A stretch of 64,000 bases of DNA from the NCBI GenBank assembly GCA_965197645.1, contig OZ240219.1, positions 2,848,001 through 2,912,000 on the forward strand, given 5' to 3'. The DNA is from Dehalococcoidia bacterium (GTDB lineage Bacteria; Chloroflexota; Dehalococcoidia; Plut-88900). Shown in pieces: positions 19,306-31,441 of the stretch; position 1 is the stretch's first letter, and the number at the start of each line of letters is the position of its first letter. The position numbers and the translations under genes were made by a program. The notes beneath the pieces were generated by a model that saw only the letters and a list, made by a program, of their open reading frames with translations, searched no databases and was not told the DNA's origin.

Positions 19306-20703
19306 ATGACGGCGACGAAGCCAACCAGGACAGAGCGAGATTCCATGGGCCCGATGGAGGTCCCCATCGACGCCTACTACGGCGCCTCGACGATGCGCGC
19401 TGTCCAGAACTTCCCCATCAGTGATCTCCGGTTGCCCCGCAGCTTCATCCGGGCCCTCGGCCTCATCAAACAGGCGGCGGCTAGGGTCAACATGGACCTC
19501 GGTCTCCTCGACGAAACCAACGGCAACGCCATAGTTGATGCGGCCCAGGAGGTGATTGACGGCGACCTGGACGACCACTTCGTCCTGGATGTCTTCCAGA
19601 CCGGATCGGGCACCTCTACCAACATGAACGCCAACGAGGTGATAGCCAACCGCGCCACCGAGATCCTCGGCGGCGAGCGAGGCGCCCACCTGGTCCACCC
19701 CAACGACCACGTCAATCGGGGCCAGTCCTCCAACGACGTTATCCCCACCGCCATCCACCTGGCCGCCCACATCGAGATCAAAGACCGCCTCGTCCCCGCT
19801 CTCACCCGGCTTAAGGAGGCCTTGGAGGCCAAGTCCAAGGAGTTCTGGCCGGTAGTCAAGACGGGCCGTACCCACCTCCAGGACGCCACGCCCATCCGGC
19901 TAGGCCAAGAGTTCCAGGGCTTTGCATCCCAGGTAGAGCTGGGCTTGAGGCGGCTGGAGCATGCCCGACAGGAGCTCTCCGAGGTTGCCTTGGGCGGCAC
20001 CGCCGTGGGTACTGGTGTAAACACCCACCCGGAGTTTGCCTCCCGCGTCACCGCAGCTATATCGACGACCGCCGATATGCACGTCCGGGAGACGGAGCAC
20101 CATTTCCAGGCCCAGAACACTCTGGACGGGGTGGTGGAGACCAGCGCCGTCCTTCGCACCATTGCTATCAGCCTGAACAAGATAGCCAACGATATCCGGT
20201 GGATGGGCTCGGGTCCCCGGGCCGGCCTGGGAGAGCTCACCCTGCCCGAGGTGCAGCCCGGCAGCTCCATAATGCCGGGCAAGGTGAACCCTGTCATCGC
20301 CGAGTCCCTCACCCAGGTCTGCGCACAGGTCATCGGCAACGACTCCACAGTAGCTGTAGCAGGACAGGGCAGCTACTTCGAGCTGAACCTGATGATGCCG
20401 GTGGCGGCCTACAACCTGCTCCAGTCCATCTCTCTGCTCGGTGCATCGGCCGACAACTTTGCCGAGCAGTGTGTCCGGGGGATTAAGGCCACCGAGCAGG
20501 GCCCCACTATGGTGGAGCGCGGCCTGATGATCGGGACGGTGCTGGCCCCAGTAATCGGCTACGACGCCTCGGCCGAGATAGCCAAAGAGGCGGCCAAGAC
20601 GGGCAGGACAATCCGGGAGGTATCCAGAGAGCGCACCGACCTCTCCGACGAAGAGCTAGACCGCGTCCTCAACCCCGAACGCATGGTAGAGCCCTCCGCC
20701 TGA
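19306..20703 (+). CDS. fumC: Class II fumarate hydratase
   Basis: QTGSGTSTNMNANEVI, GRTHLQDATP and GSSIMPGKVNP motifs. Confidence 0.93.
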   Translation: MTATKPTRTERDSMGPMEVPIDAYYGASTMRAVQNFPISDLRLPRSFIRALGLIKQAAARVNMDLGLLDETNGNAIVDAAQEVIDGDLDDHFVLDVFQTGSGTSTNMNANEVIANRATEILGGERGAHLVHPNDHVNRGQSSNDVIPTAIHLAAHIEIKDRLVPALTRLKEALEAKSKEFWPVVKTGRTHLQDATPIRLGQEFQGFASQVELGLRRLEHARQELSEVALGGTAVGTGVNTHPEFASRVTAAISTTADMHVRETEHHFQAQNTLDGVVETSAVLRTIAISLNKIANDIRWMGSGPRAGLGELTLPEVQPGSSIMPGKVNPVIAESLTQVCAQVIGNDSTVAVAGQGSYFELNLMMPVAAYNLLQSISLLGASADNFAEQCVRGIKATEQGPTMVERGLMIGTVLAPVIGYDASAEIAKEAAKTGRTIREVSRERTDLSDEELDRVLNPERMVEPSA

Positions 20704-20721
20704 CCCAACCCCCTGGCCCTC

Positions 20722-21810
20722 TTACACCTTGATAACGGACCTTAGCGTCTCTCCTCGCTCCATGGCCTCGAACGCCTCCCGGGTCTCCTCCAGCTTGATC
20801 ACCCGGGTCACTACCCGGTCCAGGTCCAGCTTGCCCTGCAGGTACCACTCGGCCAGCATGGGGAAGTCCCGAGACGGCAGATTGTCGCCGTACCAGCTCA
20901 CCCTGAGCGAGCCACCCAGCCCGAAGAACTGGAGCATCGGCAGCTCCATCACCATCGTCGGATCGGGCACTCCTATGAGGGTGCAGACCCCCGCCAGGTC
21001 CCGGGACCACAGGGCCTGCAACAGTGTTCCCGGCTGGCCCACCGCTTCAAAGGAATAGTCGACCCCGTTGCCACCCGTCAGCTCCTTTATCGCCTCCACC
21101 GGGTCCGACTTCGATGCGTCCACTACATCGGTCGCCCCGAACTCGACCGCCCAGTCCAGCTTGTTCTGGGCAATGTCTACCCCGATGATCTTGTTGGCGT
21201 TGGCCAGCTTCGCCCCCATGATCACGCTGCATCCGATGCCTCCACACCCGTACACGGCGACGCTGCTGCCGCGACGTACCCCAGCCGTGTACAACGCCGC
21301 ACCGATACCCGTGGTCACTCCGCACCCGAGCAGCGAGGCCTGCTCCGGCGGGCATTCCCGTGGGACGGGCACCGCCTGCTTGGCCGACACTACGGTATGA
21401 GTGCAGAAGGTCCCTATTCCCAAGGCCGGGTTCAGCTGCGCCCCATCCTTCTTGGCGAACATCCTGGGCTCGGCATTCAGGCTGGCAGAACACAGATGCG
21501 GCTGGCCTATGGAACAGAACCGGCACTTCTCGCACGGCGCCCTCCACGCAAGCACCACGTAGTCTCCCACCTGGGGCGAGTCTACACCCTCGCCCACCGC
21601 CTCCACTATTCCCGCGCCCTCGTGGCCCAGAAGAAAGGGGAAATCGTTGGTGATCTTGCCCTGCTGGTAGTGCAGGTCCGTGTGGCACACGCCGCTGGCC
21701 TGGATACGCACCAGCACCTCCCCCGGTCCAGGATCATCTATCCTTATCTCCTCCACCTGCTCCGGCTCTCCCGCCTTCCGAGAAATCACTCCCAGTCCGT
21801 CTATGGACAT
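20722..21810 (-). CDS. Zn-dependent dehydrogenase, S-(hydroxymethyl)mycothiol dehydrogenase (MscR)-like
   Basis: GVCHTDLHY, PFLLGHE and SWYGDNLPSRDFP motifs resemble actinobacterial MscR/AdhE2. Confidence 0.8.
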   Translation of the reverse strand: MSIDGLGVISRKAGEPEQVEEIRIDDPGPGEVLVRIQASGVCHTDLHYQQGKITNDFPFLLGHEGAGIVEAVGEGVDSPQVGDYVVLAWRAPCEKCRFCSIGQPHLCSASLNAEPRMFAKKDGAQLNPALGIGTFCTHTVVSAKQAVPVPRECPPEQASLLGCGVTTGIGAALYTAGVRRGSSVAVYGCGGIGCSVIMGAKLANANKIIGVDIAQNKLDWAVEFGATDVVDASKSDPVEAIKELTGGNGVDYSFEAVGQPGTLLQALWSRDLAGVCTLIGVPDPTMVMELPMLQFFGLGGSLRVSWYGDNLPSRDFPMLAEWYLQGKLDLDRVVTRVIKLEETREAFEAMERGETLRSVIKV

Positions 21811-21932
21811 CCGTTTTCTCCTCTCTCAGTTCGAAATTGTCAGTATAGTATCACCCGCCCCGTAGCGAACAAGAAGGGGCGGCGCGTGACGGCGACTAGT
21901 ATAATGGACTGTACACTGATAGGGGGAAGGAT

Positions 21933-22340
21933 ATGACGACAGGAATCAAGATAACCCGGATGGACCACATCGTCCTTAACACCAGAGACGTGGACGCCAC
22001 TCTACACTTCTATACCGATCTCCTCGGTCTTTCACCCGAGCGGGTTGACGAGTTCAAAGCCGGCAAAGCCCCATTCCCCTCGGTGCGGATCAACTCGGAT
22101 ACCATAATCGATCTTCAGCCGGCGACGGACGAAGAGCGGGCACAAGATGCCGTCGCCAACCAGGACCACTTCTGCCTGGTTCTGGAGCCCACCGACATGG
22201 AGCAGCTGGCGTCGGACCTGCGAGACCAGGGCGTCACTGTCACCGAGGGGCCTGTCACCCGCTGGGGTGCCCACGGCAACGCGACCTCCATCTACATCAC
22301 CGGCCCCGACGACAATCTCATCGAGCTGCGCCACTACTAG
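21933..22340 (+). CDS. VOC/glyoxalase family protein
   Basis: MDHIVL, DHFCL and GPDDNLIEL motifs. Confidence 0.88.
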   Translation: MTTGIKITRMDHIVLNTRDVDATLHFYTDLLGLSPERVDEFKAGKAPFPSVRINSDTIIDLQPATDEERAQDAVANQDHFCLVLEPTDMEQLASDLRDQGVTVTEGPVTRWGAHGNATSIYITGPDDNLIELRHY

Positions 22341-22444
22341 GTTTGGGCGAGCCCGATTTTCTTGACCGCTATTCGTGCCTATGCTAGTATCCGGCCATCG
22401 CCCCTATCTCAGGTAGGGGTCTCTTTTCGTAAGATGTAGGAAGG

Positions 22445-23368
22445 TTGTTGGTGTTAGAGGAGCTCAGCCAGATTACCCACTCCGGTGGCACAGCCGTCAC
22501 TATCGGCGTGTTCGATGGGGTGCATCTGGGTCACCAGCAGCTCATTAGGCGTACCGTCGAGGCCGCCTCCCAGCGGGGTCTCCAGTCTCTGGTGGTCACC
22601 TTTCGAAACCATCCTCGCACCGTGCTCACACCGGGCTTCAAACCCCAATACCTGACCGGCATCGATGAACGGGTCCGGCTGCTCAAGTCCCTGGGAGTCG
22701 ACCACGTGGCGGCAATCAGCTTCAGCCGCGAGACCTCCCGGCTGCGGGCGCGGGAGTTCGTGTCTCTCCTTCGTAAACACGGGGGAATGGAGCTGCTGGT
22801 GGTAGGCCCCGACTTCGCCATGGGCAAGAACCGCGAGGGTGACGTTCCGACACTGACGGCCCTCGGCCATGAGCTGGGCTTCGACGTGATAACCGTTGAG
22901 TTCGCCCAGCTCGAAGGCCGCGAGGTCAGCAGCACGTCCATTCGAGAGGCCCTAACCACCGGCGACGTGTCCAGGGCCCTCAGCTACCAGGGCCGGCCCT
23001 TCAGCTTGACCGGCCTCGTTGTGGGAGGCGAGAAGCGAGGCCAGGTCCTCGGCTTCCCCACCGCCAACGTGGATGTCGAAGAGACCACAGCCGTCCCCGC
23101 CGACGGCATCTACGCCACCCGGGCCATCGTAGACGGCGCGTGCCACGATTCGGCCACCTACATCGGCACCAGGCCCACCTTCGAGCAGTCCAACCGCGTG
23201 ATCGAGGTCTTCATACTCGATTTCCAGGGAGACCTGTACAGCCGGCAGCTCACCATCCAGTTCATCGATAGAATCAGGGGAGACATGACCTTCGCCAACC
23301 CGGACGAACTGATAGCCCAGATGGAGAAGGACGTTGCCCAGGCCCAGGAGGTACTGGCCGGAGCCTAG
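22445..23368 (+). CDS. ribF: Bifunctional riboflavin kinase/FAD synthetase
   Basis: GVFDGVHLGHQ, VSSTSIR and LGFPTAN motifs. Confidence 0.95.
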   Translation: MLVLEELSQITHSGGTAVTIGVFDGVHLGHQQLIRRTVEAASQRGLQSLVVTFRNHPRTVLTPGFKPQYLTGIDERVRLLKSLGVDHVAAISFSRETSRLRAREFVSLLRKHGGMELLVVGPDFAMGKNREGDVPTLTALGHELGFDVITVEFAQLEGREVSSTSIREALTTGDVSRALSYQGRPFSLTGLVVGGEKRGQVLGFPTANVDVEETTAVPADGIYATRAIVDGACHDSATYIGTRPTFEQSNRVIEVFILDFQGDLYSRQLTIQFIDRIRGDMTFANPDELIAQMEKDVAQAQEVLAGA

Positions 23369-23371
23369 CCG

Positions 23372-24637
23372 ATGCCGAACGAGCAAATCACCCACATTCT
23401 GAACAGGGCCGTGGCTGAGGTCATCGTCCGGAAGGAGCTGGAGAAGCTCCTTGACGAGGGCAAGCCCCTCCGGCTCAAGATGGGCTTCGACCCCAGCCGA
23501 CCCGACATACACCTGGGCCACGCCGTCGGTCTCCGCAAGCTCCGCCAGCTCCAGGAGTTGGGCCACCGGCTGACGCTGATTGTCGGCGATTGGACAGCCC
23601 AGATAGGCGATCCCAGCGGCCAGTCCCTCACCCGGCCCATGCTCACCGCAGAGGAAGTCCGCTCCAACGCCCGCACCTACATGGACCAGTTCTTCAAGAT
23701 TGTCGATAAGGACCGGACCGAAGTCCGCTGGCAGACCGAGTGGTTCGGAGAGTTCACCCTCGCCGATGTCATCAAGCTCACCAGTAAGTTCACCGTGGCC
23801 CAGCTGCTGGCCAGAGACGATTTTTCCAAGCGCTACGCCGCCAACAAGCCTATCGCCATCACCGAGTTTCTCTATCCGCTCCTACAGGCCTACGACTCCG
23901 TAGTCCTCGAAGCCGACGTGGAGTTCGGCGGCACGGACCAGAAGTTCAACCTGCTGCTCGGTCGGGAGCTCCAGGGCATGACCGGTCAACGCCCCCAGCA
24001 ATGCCTCCTCGTGCCCATTCTGGTCGGCACGGACGGTGTGCATCGCATGAGCAAGAGCCTGGACAACTACATCGGCATCGACGAGCCGGCCAGGGATACG
24101 TACTTCAAGGTCATGCGGCTCAAAGACGACCAGATGATGAACTATTTCGACCTGGTAACCGACGTACCGGAGGCGGAGCTGAACGAGATGGAGCAGGCCC
24201 TGGAGAATCGCTCTGTCAACCCCATGGAGCTGAAGAAGCGTCTCGCCAGGGAGATAGTCACCCAGTTCCACTCCAGCGAGGCCGCCGCGCGGTCCGAGGG
24301 GGAGTTCGAGAAGATAGTCCAGCGCAAGGAAGCTCCTGACCGGGTCATCGAGTTCGAGCTGTCCCTGTCCGATCCCGCCTCAGGCCCCAACCGGCAGATC
24401 CTGATCTCATCGGAGAAGGACGTAGGATTGGTAAATCTACCTCAGCTGTTCTTGAGGACGGGAGTAGTCGGCACCGCATCGGAGGGCAAGAGATTGATCA
24501 AGGGAGGGGGAGTCCAGATCGATGGAGAGAAGCTGTACTCGCCCACCGTGTCCGTAGCGGACGTATCTGACGGCACCCTCATAAAAGCCGGCAAACGACA
24601 CACCATCAAAATCGTTAACACAGACGGCAAGAGCTAG
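23372..24637 (+). CDS. tyrS: Tyrosine--tRNA ligase
   Basis: GFDPSRPDIHLGH, YPLLQAYDS, GGTDQKFN and RMSKS motifs; C-terminal S4-like domain. Confidence 0.96.
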   Translation: MPNEQITHILNRAVAEVIVRKELEKLLDEGKPLRLKMGFDPSRPDIHLGHAVGLRKLRQLQELGHRLTLIVGDWTAQIGDPSGQSLTRPMLTAEEVRSNARTYMDQFFKIVDKDRTEVRWQTEWFGEFTLADVIKLTSKFTVAQLLARDDFSKRYAANKPIAITEFLYPLLQAYDSVVLEADVEFGGTDQKFNLLLGRELQGMTGQRPQQCLLVPILVGTDGVHRMSKSLDNYIGIDEPARDTYFKVMRLKDDQMMNYFDLVTDVPEAELNEMEQALENRSVNPMELKKRLAREIVTQFHSSEAAARSEGEFEKIVQRKEAPDRVIEFELSLSDPASGPNRQILISSEKDVGLVNLPQLFLRTGVVGTASEGKRLIKGGGVQIDGEKLYSPTVSVADVSDGTLIKAGKRHTIKIVNTDGKS

Positions 24638-24641
24638 GAAC

Positions 24642-25745
24642 ATGGCAGAGAATCAACCCAACTTAAGAATCCCCGGCCCCACCCCCGTCCCCGACGAGGT
24701 GCTGCAGGCCGCATCCGGCCCCATGATCAACCACCGCGGTCCCACCTTCAAGGCCATTATCGATAGGGTCACCGACAAGCTAAAACGCCTCTTCCAGACC
24801 GAGGACGACCTTTACATCCTCACCGCTTCCGGCACCGGCGCCATGGAGGCCTCCCTGGTCAACACTCTGTCGCCGGGAGACAAGGTGCTGGCCCTCGTCA
24901 TCGGCGAGTTCGGACAACGTTACGCCGGAATGGCCCGAGCCCACGGCGCCGATGTAACCGTCCTCGAATCCGAGCTCGGCTCCGTGGCCGACCCGGACGA
25001 AGTAAAAGCAGCTCTGGACTCCGATCCAGATATCAAAGCCGTGCTGGTAACCCACAACGAGACCTCCACCGGCGTTACCAACGATCTCGCCGCGATCGCC
25101 CAGGTAGCTAAAGACCACGACAAGCTGCTGCTGGTCGATGCCATCAGCAGCATCGGCTCCATCGAGCTGGCCGTCGACGCCTGGGGCTGCGACATCGTGG
25201 CTACCGCTTCCCAGAAGGGTTGGATGGCGCCCCCCGGACTGGCCATGGTCAGCGTTAGCCAGAAGGCATGGGAGGCGAACGCCGAAGCCAGGATGCCGCG
25301 CTACTACTTCGACCTTGCAACTGCAAAGTCCTACCTGGAGCGGGGCCAGACTCCCTGGACCCCCAGCCTCTCCATCTTCTTCGCCATGGACACCAGCCTG
25401 GAGATCATGGAGAAGGAGGGCCTGGCCAACATCATAGAGCGTCATGCCACTGTTTCCCGCCGCACCCGTGAGGGGGTAAAGTCGTTGGGCCTCTCTCTCC
25501 TCGCTCGGCAGGAGGAGTGGGCCTCCAACACCGTCACCGCAGTGAACGGCCCCGAAGGCATTGACGTTACCGAACTTCTGCGCATCATGCGCGAAGAGCA
25601 CAAAGTGGTCCTGGCCGGTGGCCCTGGCTCCCTGGCCGGCAAGATATTCCGCATCGGCCACCTGGGATACGTGACGGAGCAGGACATCGATGACGTCATA
25701 AGTTCCCTGAAACTGACTTTGGACAAGCTCGGCTTCAAAGGCTAG
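24642..25745 (+). CDS. Class V PLP aminotransferase (alanine-glyoxylate/serine-pyruvate family)
   Basis: PGPTPVP, SGTGAME, HNETSTGV, ASQKG and FRIGHLG motifs. Confidence 0.92.
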   Translation: MAENQPNLRIPGPTPVPDEVLQAASGPMINHRGPTFKAIIDRVTDKLKRLFQTEDDLYILTASGTGAMEASLVNTLSPGDKVLALVIGEFGQRYAGMARAHGADVTVLESELGSVADPDEVKAALDSDPDIKAVLVTHNETSTGVTNDLAAIAQVAKDHDKLLLVDAISSIGSIELAVDAWGCDIVATASQKGWMAPPGLAMVSVSQKAWEANAEARMPRYYFDLATAKSYLERGQTPWTPSLSIFFAMDTSLEIMEKEGLANIIERHATVSRRTREGVKSLGLSLLARQEEWASNTVTAVNGPEGIDVTELLRIMREEHKVVLAGGPGSLAGKIFRIGHLGYVTEQDIDDVISSLKLTLDKLGFKG

Positions 25746-25907
25746 CCGGACCGAGCCTTTCCATTGACGGCCGGCTGCCTCATGACGCTGGCGCAGTTGG
25801 CAGCACATCTCAGGTGTGTCTCAAAAGGCCGGATGTCTACGTCCCAGGCGCACGACCCCGTACGATGGTGTAGTTGGCGGCACACCCCTTCCTGATCAAC
25901 TGTATAA

Positions 25908-27959
<2,052 letters not shown>

Positions 27960-28568
27960 ATGCTGTTCTTCTGGAGAAAAAATGAACGGCCGACCAGACC
28001 GGATATCGCCATCGTCGGCCTGGGCAACCCCGGCCCCGAGTACGCCGCCAGCCGCCACAACGTCGGCTTCATGTGCATAGACCACTTCGCCCAGGCCAAC
28101 AACATCCCCTTGGACAATCGCCGGGGCAACCTGCGATGGGGCGAAGGGCATTTACGCCTGAACGATACCGACAAACACCTGCTTCTGGCCCGGCCCCGTA
28201 CCTTCATGAACCAGAGCGGAGAGGCCGTTCACTACCTCTGCACCCGCTGGCGTACGAGACCCGAAGAGCTGCTGATCATCTACGACGAAATGCACCTTCC
28301 CCTGGGCACGATAAGGCTGCGTATCCGGGGCAGCTCTGCCGGCCACAACGGCATCCAATCGGTCATGAACGCGGTAGGGACCCAGGAGGTGCCTCGCATC
28401 AGATTGGGAATAGGGCGAAGCACCGACGTCGGCAACGTCGATTACGTGCTGGGCGATTTCACCGATGAAGAGATGAAGGTGGTCAACGAGATGATCACCA
28501 CCGCCTCCGAAGCCATCCTCACTATCCTGACCAACGGCCCGGAAGCGGCCATGAGCAAGTTCAACTGA
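27960..28568 (+). CDS. pth: Peptidyl-tRNA hydrolase
   Basis: VGLGNPG, RHNVGF, TFMNQSG and GHNG motifs. Confidence 0.96.
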   Translation: MLFFWRKNERPTRPDIAIVGLGNPGPEYAASRHNVGFMCIDHFAQANNIPLDNRRGNLRWGEGHLRLNDTDKHLLLARPRTFMNQSGEAVHYLCTRWRTRPEELLIIYDEMHLPLGTIRLRIRGSSAGHNGIQSVMNAVGTQEVPRIRLGIGRSTDVGNVDYVLGDFTDEEMKVVNEMITTASEAILTILTNGPEAAMSKFN

Positions 28569-28571
28569 ACG

Positions 28572-28612
28572 CAATTTCGCCACCCCTCAACCAACAAGGG
28601 ATGGCGAAATTG
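28572..28612. terminator. Putative bidirectional terminator between convergent pth and moeB
   Basis: Hairpin CAATTTCGCCA-C-CCCT ... AGGG-A-TGGCGAAATTG immediately after the pth stop. Confidence 0.55.
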
Positions 28613-28649
28613 ATTCGTACGAAGATTCAGCGATGGGCGCCAGACAGCC

Positions 28650-29471
28650 TTAGCCGGCGACGGCGGGTACGCCGCAGAACGCCTCATAGTCGATCAGCTC
28701 GGTGACCGTGGGATTGGTTCCGCACACCGGGCACTCCGGATCACGGGGAGTCCTCACCGTCCTGAAGTCCATCTCCAGCGCATCGAAGATCAGGAGCCTG
28801 CCTTTCAGCGGGTCTCCAATCTCCAGCAGGAGCTTCACCGTCTCGATGGCCTGAATAGTCCCGATGATACCGGGCAGGACCCCGAGAACGCCGGCCTCGG
28901 CGCAGCTGGGCACCATGCCGGGGGGAGGAGGCGTGGGGTAGAGGCACCGATAGCAGCCTTTGTCGGCGGAGAACACCGAGGCCTGACCCTCGAAGAGGAA
29001 TATGCTGCCGTGGACGTTGGGCTTGTTGGCCATGACACAGGCATCGTTCACCAGGTAGCGAGTGGGGAAGTTGTCGCTGCCGTCGACTACTACTTCGTAG
29101 TCGGCAATGATCTCCATGATGTTCTCAGAGCTCAACCTAACCGGATGACTCACCACATTGACATCGGGGTTGATGCCCTTCAGGGTATCGGTGGCGGAAT
29201 CCACTTTCGGTCTCCCTACGTCGGCGTTACGGTGAAGGATCTGTCTTTGAAGATTGGTAATATCTACAACGTCGAAGTCCACTATTCCCATGGTGCCGAC
29301 ACCGGCGGCGGCCAGGTACAGTGCGGTGGGCGAGCCGAGACCGCCCGCTCCGATCAATAGCACCTTCGAGTCCAGCAGCTTCCGCTGCCCCTTGCTTCCG
29401 ACGCTCGGGAGTATCAGGTGCCGGCTGTAGCGCTGGACCTGCTCCTTGGTGAACGGCGCGGCGGTTACCAT
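28650..29471 (-). CDS. moeB: MoeB/ThiF family adenylyltransferase
   Basis: RYSRH, GAGGLGSP, TNLQRQ, CYRC, SCAEAGV and CPVC motifs. Confidence 0.88.
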   Translation of the reverse strand: MVTAAPFTKEQVQRYSRHLILPSVGSKGQRKLLDSKVLLIGAGGLGSPTALYLAAAGVGTMGIVDFDVVDITNLQRQILHRNADVGRPKVDSATDTLKGINPDVNVVSHPVRLSSENIMEIIADYEVVVDGSDNFPTRYLVNDACVMANKPNVHGSIFLFEGQASVFSADKGCYRCLYPTPPPPGMVPSCAEAGVLGVLPGIIGTIQAIETVKLLLEIGDPLKGRLLIFDALEMDFRTVRTPRDPECPVCGTNPTVTELIDYEAFCGVPAVAG

Positions 29472-29671
29472 CTTCTATTGCCTCCCTCGGTCTCTATGTT
29501 CAAAAGTATACCGCTTGAGGGGACATTCGATATGCGTACGGCCGCCGCTAGACCTGCAGCAACCTGCCTGACGCCAACCCTCTCACAGCCGGTTTATGAT
29601 AACATACGGTAGTTTCACGGGCAATTTATAGTCACGAAGTTTACTAACATTAATTCCGGAAGGTCGAATAG

Positions 29672-30346
29672 ATGGATACAATTGATCTGGCGGCTGACAA
29701 AAGGGAAGTTCTGGGCAAGAAGGTTAGATTTCTACGCCGGCAGGGACTGGTACCGGCGAACCTGTACGGTAGAGCCAAGGATTCCCTTGCGCTCCAGATG
29801 CAGATAAAGGACTTCCAGCAAGCGCTGGTAACTGGCGGTCGCAACGCCGTCATGGAGGTCAAGGTCAACGGCGAAAAGAACGCCAGGACCGCCATCGTCC
29901 GCGGGTTGCAGCTAGACCCCCGCACCGATCAGCTTCTTCACGTCGATTTCTACGAGGTCGACGTGACCCAGAGCATCAGCGCTGAGGTTCCCATCGAGCT
30001 TGTCGGCGAGTCTCCGGCCGCCCGGGGCAGCGACGCCATGATCAGCCAGTCGCTCACCTCCCTCTCTGTCGAGGGGTTGCCCACTGATCTGCCCCGTTCC
30101 ATCGAGGTCGACATTTCCTTCCTCTCGGAGATAGATCAGGAAGTCAGGGTGAAGGGCCTCTCTGTTCCCTCGAACATATCGGTCCTGACCCATGAAGACC
30201 AGCTTGTAGTCAAGGTCTCCAGGGGCAGAATTGCTGCCGAAGAGGAGGCAGTGGTCGACGAGGAGTTGGAGGGCGTGGCTGTCGACGAGGAGGGCGAGGT
30301 TGCAGCCCCCGAGGCAGCCGCGGAGGATTCCTCCCAGGACGAGTAA
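29672..30346 (+). CDS. rplY: 50S ribosomal protein L25/Ctc
   Basis: LRRQGLVPANLYG and LLHVDFY motifs; acidic tail. Confidence 0.94.
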   Translation: MDTIDLAADKREVLGKKVRFLRRQGLVPANLYGRAKDSLALQMQIKDFQQALVTGGRNAVMEVKVNGEKNARTAIVRGLQLDPRTDQLLHVDFYEVDVTQSISAEVPIELVGESPAARGSDAMISQSLTSLSVEGLPTDLPRSIEVDISFLSEIDQEVRVKGLSVPSNISVLTHEDQLVVKVSRGRIAAEEEAVVDEELEGVAVDEEGEVAAPEAAAEDSSQDE

Positions 30347-30432
30347 GGGCCCTCTCCGTTCCCTTCATCCCGACAAAGGCGCTTGACGGGTGCCCCGTGC
30401 CGTATCGGATCCCTTGCCCGGCTGCTGGGCGG

Positions 30433-31299
30433 TCAACCTCCCAAGTAGTCCCTTTGCATCCGGCCGTAGTCGCCCTCCCGGAGCACGCGACCCAGAATTC
30501 CTTCCAGCTCTCCGGCCTCTGCTTCGGCTCCGCCCCTCTGCCGGCTGAGGGCCTCATATACCGCTTTCACCGCCTCTTGGAAGGGCCGGTGGCCCTTCAC
30601 TATGACCCTCACTCCCTGGGACGCTAGGTAGTCCTTGTCTTCGAAATCCGGGTGCCGGGCGCCCAAAAGCAGGGGTAGGTCAGTTGTCCTTCGCACCTCC
30701 TCCAGCTGCTCCCGGGAGGTCAACCCGACCAGGAACAGAGCGTCCACTCCCGTATCCACGTAGGCTCGAACCCTTTCCAACGTCTGATCGAACGTCTGAT
30801 CGAAGCTTTCGGATTCGACTATCACCGTCCTCCCAACGATCACCAACGACGGGTCCTGTCGGGCCCGCAGCGCCGCTCTCAGCTTACCGACCATCTCCGG
30901 CACCGAGATCAGCTCGGGAGACTGGTAGCTGCCGAACCGGGCGGGCAGAACCACGTCCTCGATGGTCAACGCCGACACACCCGCGTTCTCCAGCTCCTCC
31001 ACCGTGCGCATAACGTTGAGAGCGTTGCCGTAGCCGTGGTCAGCGTCCACCAGCAGGCTCAGCTTGCCCACCCGGGTCACCCGCCGAGCGAGGCCGGCGA
31101 ACTCCGTCAGCGTCATGAGGGCGAGGTCCGGCATACCAACCGTCACCGCCGACGCCACCGAACCGGGCAGCATTCCCACCTCGTATCCCAATAGCTCCGC
31201 TATCCGAGCGGATACCGGATCGAACACAGAGGCCGGCTGTATGCAGGTATCACTATTCAGCTGCTCTCGAAAGGTCTCTCGTTCCTCTTGGCTGGACAT
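30433..31299 (-). CDS. Isocitrate lyase/PEP mutase family protein (oxaloacetate decarboxylase-like)
   Basis: ASVFDPVSARIAE, VDADHGYGNALNVMRTV and TIED motifs. Confidence 0.85.
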   Translation of the reverse strand: MSSQEERETFREQLNSDTCIQPASVFDPVSARIAELLGYEVGMLPGSVASAVTVGMPDLALMTLTEFAGLARRVTRVGKLSLLVDADHGYGNALNVMRTVEELENAGVSALTIEDVVLPARFGSYQSPELISVPEMVGKLRAALRARQDPSLVIVGRTVIVESESFDQTFDQTLERVRAYVDTGVDALFLVGLTSREQLEEVRRTTDLPLLLGARHPDFEDKDYLASQGVRVIVKGHRPFQEAVKAVYEALSRQRGGAEAEAGELEGILGRVLREGDYGRMQRDYLGG

Positions 31300-31380
31300 G
31301 TTTCGCCCACCCCCCTACGTTGTATTGCCGGGACGTTCATGAGTATACCCGCTTTCCGAATGCCAATCGCGGGACAGGAC

Positions 31381-31428
31381 TTGACATACGTTCTAGTAGT
31401 TGATAGCCTATCCATAGAACACCAGTTC
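31381..31428 (+). promoter_or_regulatory. lexA promoter with LexA operator(s)
   Basis: TTGACA (31381), 17-nt spacer, TAGCCT (31404); GAAC-ACCA-GTTC at 31417-31428; degenerate TGAC-ATAC-GTTC at 31382-31393 over the -35. Confidence 0.8.
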
Positions 31429-31441
31429 TTTTGTTGAAAGG

